Shown here piece after piece: positions 24,511 through 27,644 of a DNA stretch of 27,644 nt; position 1 is the first letter of the stretch, and each line of letters starts with the position of its first letter. Origin of the DNA: a virus (lineage: Duplodnaviria > Caudoviricetes); IMG/VR virus record IMGVR_UViG_3300025723_000135, positions 1 through 27,644 of that record. One strand, written 5' to 3'. Position numbers and translations under genes: made by a program. Below the pieces are notes generated by a model. That model was not told the origin of the DNA. It did no database searches and saw nothing but the letters and a program-made list of their open reading frames with translations.

Positions 24511-24833
24511 CAGATAAACCAGTAATTGAATTAATTAGCGAACTCACAGAGTTTAATGATATGAAAACATACATGAATGATGCTGATCTTGATTATGCTC
24601 TTGATTTAATTATTAAGTTAATTGCAAAGCCAGATGTTCCATCTACCAAAGCTCCTGACCTTATTGTTAAAATGCAGGCGTTGTCTGCAAAGTTTGCAAT
24701 GATGTCAAGATACTACACCACCTTTGAAAAGGGCGGGGAAAATTCAAAAAAGAAGAACGTATATTACACAGCAGAAGAAGCAATTAATAGAATAGTGGAT
24801 GCTCTCAAGTATTCTGCAAGATACGGAGCATAA
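24507..24833 (+). CDS. Hypothetical helical protein
   Basis: 108 aa; abuts the exonuclease start. Confidence 0.75.
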   Translation: MTDKPVIELISELTEFNDMKTYMNDADLDYALDLIIKLIAKPDVPSTKAPDLIVKMQALSAKFAMMSRYYTTFEKGGENSKKKNVYYTAEEAINRIVDALKYSARYGA

Positions 24834-25613
24834 ATGGCTAGAGAAATTATTGGAAATTTAAAGTTTCAAAAACAAGATGCTGATGGATTTGATGTAAATA
24901 AATTTGCTAAAATGATGGAGGAAGCATATGGAAATGTTGAAGGAAGAGAAAAATTTGTTCAAAAGAAAACTTTTAGTCCTAGTACTATTGGTTACGGTCA
25001 TGGTAACTGTCCTAGATATTGGTTCATTGCTTTTACTGGTGCTGAGTTTGAAGAGCAGTTTGATGCTATGGCTAGGGCTAACATGGATAACGGTACGGCT
25101 GCTCATGATAGGCTTCAGAAAGTTATGGCTAAAACAGGTACTGTCAAGGCAACAGAACTTGAAATTATCCATGATGATCCACCAATTAGAGGATTTGCAG
25201 ACGTTATTATTGAATGGAACGGGGAAGAGGTTGTAGGTGAAATAAAAACTGCCAAGCAAGAAATATGGGATGCTAGAAAAGCAGAGATGAAACCTTCAGG
25301 CAACCATTTATTACAGATTCTTACTTATATGAAAATAAGAAAAGCTCGGCAAGGATTTTTATTTTATGAAAACAAAAATGATCAATCAATTTTAATTATT
25401 CCAGTTAATCTTAATGATAGAACAAAAGAAATAATTAATGGTGTTTTTGATTGGTTAAGAACTGTTCGTGCAAATTTTGAAGCAGGAACTTTACCAGAAA
25501 GAACTTTTACAAAATCAACTTCATCTTGCAAGTACTGTCCAGTAAAAACAACATGCTGGAAAGAACTTGGTGATGGTGAAGTATTTATACCAGCTATGGT
25601 GCCACCAAAATGA
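24834..25613 (+). CDS. Cas4-like PD-(D/E)XK exonuclease with 4Fe-4S cysteines (solo, not CRISPR-linked)
   Basis: SPS..CPR; G..H; G.AD; EIKT; Q...Y; CKYC.....C. Confidence 0.88.
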   Translation: MAREIIGNLKFQKQDADGFDVNKFAKMMEEAYGNVEGREKFVQKKTFSPSTIGYGHGNCPRYWFIAFTGAEFEEQFDAMARANMDNGTAAHDRLQKVMAKTGTVKATELEIIHDDPPIRGFADVIIEWNGEEVVGEIKTAKQEIWDARKAEMKPSGNHLLQILTYMKIRKARQGFLFYENKNDQSILIIPVNLNDRTKEIINGVFDWLRTVRANFEAGTLPERTFTKSTSSCKYCPVKTTCWKELGDGEVFIPAMVPPK

Positions 25614-25897
25614 TTTGTGCATATGATCAATGCAAAAATAAATTTGAACCAAAAACACATAATCAAAAATATTGTTCAGATGAATGTTGCCGTATAGCCA
25701 CAAATGAAAAATTAAAAGAAGCTTATTATGATAAAAAGGCCAGACTTGCTGGGAAGAAAAGAATTTGCAAGACAAAAGGTTGTAATGTTATTTTAAGTAG
25801 ATACAATGAAACAATGATTTGTGATAAATGTGTGGGCGCTGAAAGAGAAAAAGAAAGAAAAGCCCTTATAGAAATGGTTAAACGTGTCTCTGGCTAA
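25610..25897 (+). CDS. Cys-rich zinc-binding hypothetical protein
   Basis: C....C..F.P....QKYCS..C and a second CKTKGC..CDKC cluster. Confidence 0.75.
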   Translation: MICAYDQCKNKFEPKTHNQKYCSDECCRIATNEKLKEAYYDKKARLAGKKRICKTKGCNVILSRYNETMICDKCVGAEREKERKALIEMVKRVSG

Positions 25898-26441
25898 ATT
25901 AACTCGTCCAAAAGCACATAAAGTACTGGGTATAGATGCTAGTACTAATAGCTTTGCTTTTTGCCTCATGGATGAAAAAACTCCAATTAAATGGGGAGAA
26001 ATAAATTTTGATGGCGGAGATGTTTATGAAAGAATTTTAGACGCCAAAAGAAAAATTAAGGCTTTTAAAAATGAATTAGATACTGATTTTGTTGTAATTG
26101 AAGCAGCAATATCTGTAAAATCTGTTGCGACTGGAATGAAGATGGCATACGTTTTTGGTGCTATAATGGGAGAGTTACTCAGTGATAATGTGGAGGTTGT
26201 TGAAGTTCATCCTATAACTTGGCAATCCTATCTTGGAAATAAAAATTACACTAAGGCTGAAAAAGAGGCGATAAAACTTGAGTTCCCAGGAAAGTCCGAC
26301 AACTGGATTAAAGGCAAGATCAGAGAACGTAGAAAACAGCGTACTGTTGATTTTGTTAGAACGTTGGGCGTTAAAACTGAGTCCGATAATGTCGCTGATG
26401 CAGCAGGAATAGCGTGGTATGCAGTAAATGAAATTATATGA
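25884..26441 (+). CDS. ruvC: RuvC-like Holliday junction resolvase
   Basis: VLGIDAST; VVIE; P..W; DNVADAAGIA. Confidence 0.88.
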   Translation: MSLAKLTRPKAHKVLGIDASTNSFAFCLMDEKTPIKWGEINFDGGDVYERILDAKRKIKAFKNELDTDFVVIEAAISVKSVATGMKMAYVFGAIMGELLSDNVEVVEVHPITWQSYLGNKNYTKAEKEAIKLEFPGKSDNWIKGKIRERRKQRTVDFVRTLGVKTESDNVADAAGIAWYAVNEII

Positions 26442-26589
26442 TAGTAAAGATTGGTGCTACAAAAGATATGTAGTAGAAAAGAAAAAGGTTGTTGATATGG
26501 CAATAGAAGCTAAATGCTCACATATGACCATTCAAAGATCTTTGGAAAGATTTGGATTGATTAAAAAACCTAGAAAGTGGACTAAGTGA
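26428..26589 (+). CDS. Small HTH DNA-binding protein, 53 aa (not in ORF track)
   Basis: MKLYDSKDWCYKRYVVEKKKVVDMAIEAKCSHMTIQRSLERFGLIKKPRKWTK; HTH pattern 'MA.EA.CS..TI.R.L..FG'; GTGA overlap with next gene. Confidence 0.8.
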   Translation: MKLYDSKDWCYKRYVVEKKKVVDMAIEAKCSHMTIQRSLERFGLIKKPRKWTK

Positions 26590-27269
26590 TACCAGTACTA
26601 ATATATCCAGTCCTTAATAGATTTGATCTTTTAAGGAAGTCTTTAGATACAATTGACTATCCAATTGGTGAAATATTAATTATTAATAATAGTGGCGATG
26701 ATTCAATGAGTGCTGGACTTATTGAAGAATACCCAAACTTAAATATTCGTGTTTTAAATTTGCCATCTAATATGGGCATAACAGGTGGATGGAATTTAGG
26801 AATTAAATTATATCCTCATGCAAAGTATTGGATGTTTTCTTCAGCAGATACAACTCCCTCACCAGGACTTTGGCAAGACTATGCAGAAAAAAGCGGGTCA
26901 GATAAATTTGTTCTTTCAGCAAATGCTGGGTGGAATATATTTACAGTAGGAGAAGAAATTGTAAAAAAAGTTGGAATATTTGATGAATATATTTATCCAG
27001 CTTACTATGAAGACAATGATTATTGGGACAGAATGGTTTTAAACGGTTTTGTTGTTGATGTAAATATTTTACATTCACAAGTATATGCTGATGAAAATGG
27101 TGTATCACAAACAATTAAAAGCAATGAAGATTATTTTAAAAAAAATAATTATACGTATTGGCAAAACCATCTTTATTATCATGCAAAAAAAGACAGCGGT
27201 GACTACACTTGCAAGGGTTGGGATTTAACTAGGAGACGGGATCATGAGTGGATACCACAAAAACCTTAG
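26586..27269 (+). CDS. Glycosyltransferase family 2 (GT-A)
   Basis: IYPVLNR..L; EILIINNS; NMGITGGWNLGI; SSAD; VGIFDE..YYEDNDY..R. Confidence 0.88.
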   Translation: MIPVLIYPVLNRFDLLRKSLDTIDYPIGEILIINNSGDDSMSAGLIEEYPNLNIRVLNLPSNMGITGGWNLGIKLYPHAKYWMFSSADTTPSPGLWQDYAEKSGSDKFVLSANAGWNIFTVGEEIVKKVGIFDEYIYPAYYEDNDYWDRMVLNGFVVDVNILHSQVYADENGVSQTIKSNEDYFKKNNYTYWQNHLYYHAKKDSGDYTCKGWDLTRRRDHEWIPQKP

Positions 27270-27644
27270 ACTTAGGATGCGGTAAAAAACCAAGAAATGA
27301 TTTTAACGCTGATGAAATGTTTGGAATTGATATTGTAGATCATGGTTTGCCAAACATTAAAATGGCTGATTTAGCAATAGAACCAATTCCATTTGATGAC
27401 AATACGTTTGATATTGTAACTGGATATGATTTTCTTGAGCATATTCCAGTTCTCATTTATAATAACGGCAAAAGAAAATATTCATTTATTGATGTTATGA
27501 GTGAAGTGTGGAGAGTTCTAAAGCCAGGTGGTCGTGCTTATTTTTGTACTCCAGCCTACCCTCATATAGAAGCTTTTCAAGACCCCACACATGTTAATTT
27601 TATTACTACATCAACATTACAGTATTTTTCTTTTCCATCACCAA
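27248..27644 (+). CDS. Class I SAM-dependent methyltransferase (Methyltransf_11-like), partial, not in ORF track
   Basis: GTG 27248 frame is open to the window end: LDLGCG..GIDI..IPFDDNTFD..DFLEH..EVWRVLKPGG..FQDPTH. Confidence 0.92.
   Translation, partial: MDTTKTLDLGCGKKPRNDFNADEMFGIDIVDHGLPNIKMADLAIEPIPFDDNTFDIVTGYDFLEHIPVLIYNNGKRKYSFIDVMSEVWRVLKPGGRAYFCTPAYPHIEAFQDPTHVNFITTSTLQYFSFPSP

Larger units (their letters stand above)
1..27644 (+). mobile_element. Fragment of a tailed bacteriophage genome (tail, replication and recombination modules)
   Basis: Densely packed co-oriented genes with TAATG/ATGA/GTGA overlaps; tail fibre with intramolecular chaperone; phage-type helicase, primase, gp32-like SSB, homing endonucleases; no host housekeeping operons. 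Confidence 0.96.

Noticed and set aside
24834-25613. CRISPR-Cas system suggested by the Cas4-like gene
   Set aside because: No repeat-spacer array, cas1 or cas2; intergenic gaps are all under 80 nt
25610-26441. TnpB/Cas12-like RNA-guided nuclease from Zn-finger plus RuvC genes
   Set aside because: The RuvC is a compact, unsplit 185-aa resolvase, the genes are separate, and there is no room for a guide RNA
58-26503. All other minus-strand and nested alternative-frame ORFs in the track
   Set aside because: Lie within well-supported + strand genes and show no recognisable motifs or RBS
1-27644. Alternative genetic code or tRNA genes
   Set aside because: Long genes are intact in the standard code with TAA, TAG and TGA all used as stops; no cloverleaf-like sequence found in the gaps

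Overview
AT-rich fragment of a tailed dsDNA phage (siphovirus-like), with every credible gene on the + strand. 1-12289 is the tail module: the 3' end of a probable tape measure gene, a distal-tail-like gene, a 1398-aa hub/baseplate protein, two further tail proteins, a 1516-aa Ser/Thr/Gly-rich fibre with a C-terminal self-cleaving chaperone, and small tail-adjacent genes. 12289-15173 holds an HNH nuclease, a metallophosphoesterase, a probable holin, a Zn-ribbon protein and a winged-HTH protein. 15163-22276 is a replication module: DnaB-like helicase, DnaG-like primase, T4 gp32-like SSB, a free-standing LAGLIDADG/Zn-finger gene and DnaE. 22660-26441 is a recombination module: RecA, a small PD-(D/E)XK nuclease, a solo Cas4-like exonuclease and a RuvC-like resolvase. 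26428-end holds an HTH gene, a GT2 glycosyltransferase and a truncated SAM methyltransferase. Gene order resembles large actinobacterial siphoviruses as I recall them (inference; host not shown by the sequence). I saw no tRNA, CRISPR array, intein or stop-codon recoding. The most notable observations are: a hairpin + promoter + LAGLIDADG-Zn finger cassette wedged in front of dnaE; a DnaE that appears to lack the clamp-binding segment and to carry two OB folds; a three-copy CAACACGC element in the HTH gene that can form alternative hairpins; a recurrent TGnTATAAT promoter very close to start codons; and four ORFs missing from the ORF track. No wholly new system is proven by the sequence alone.
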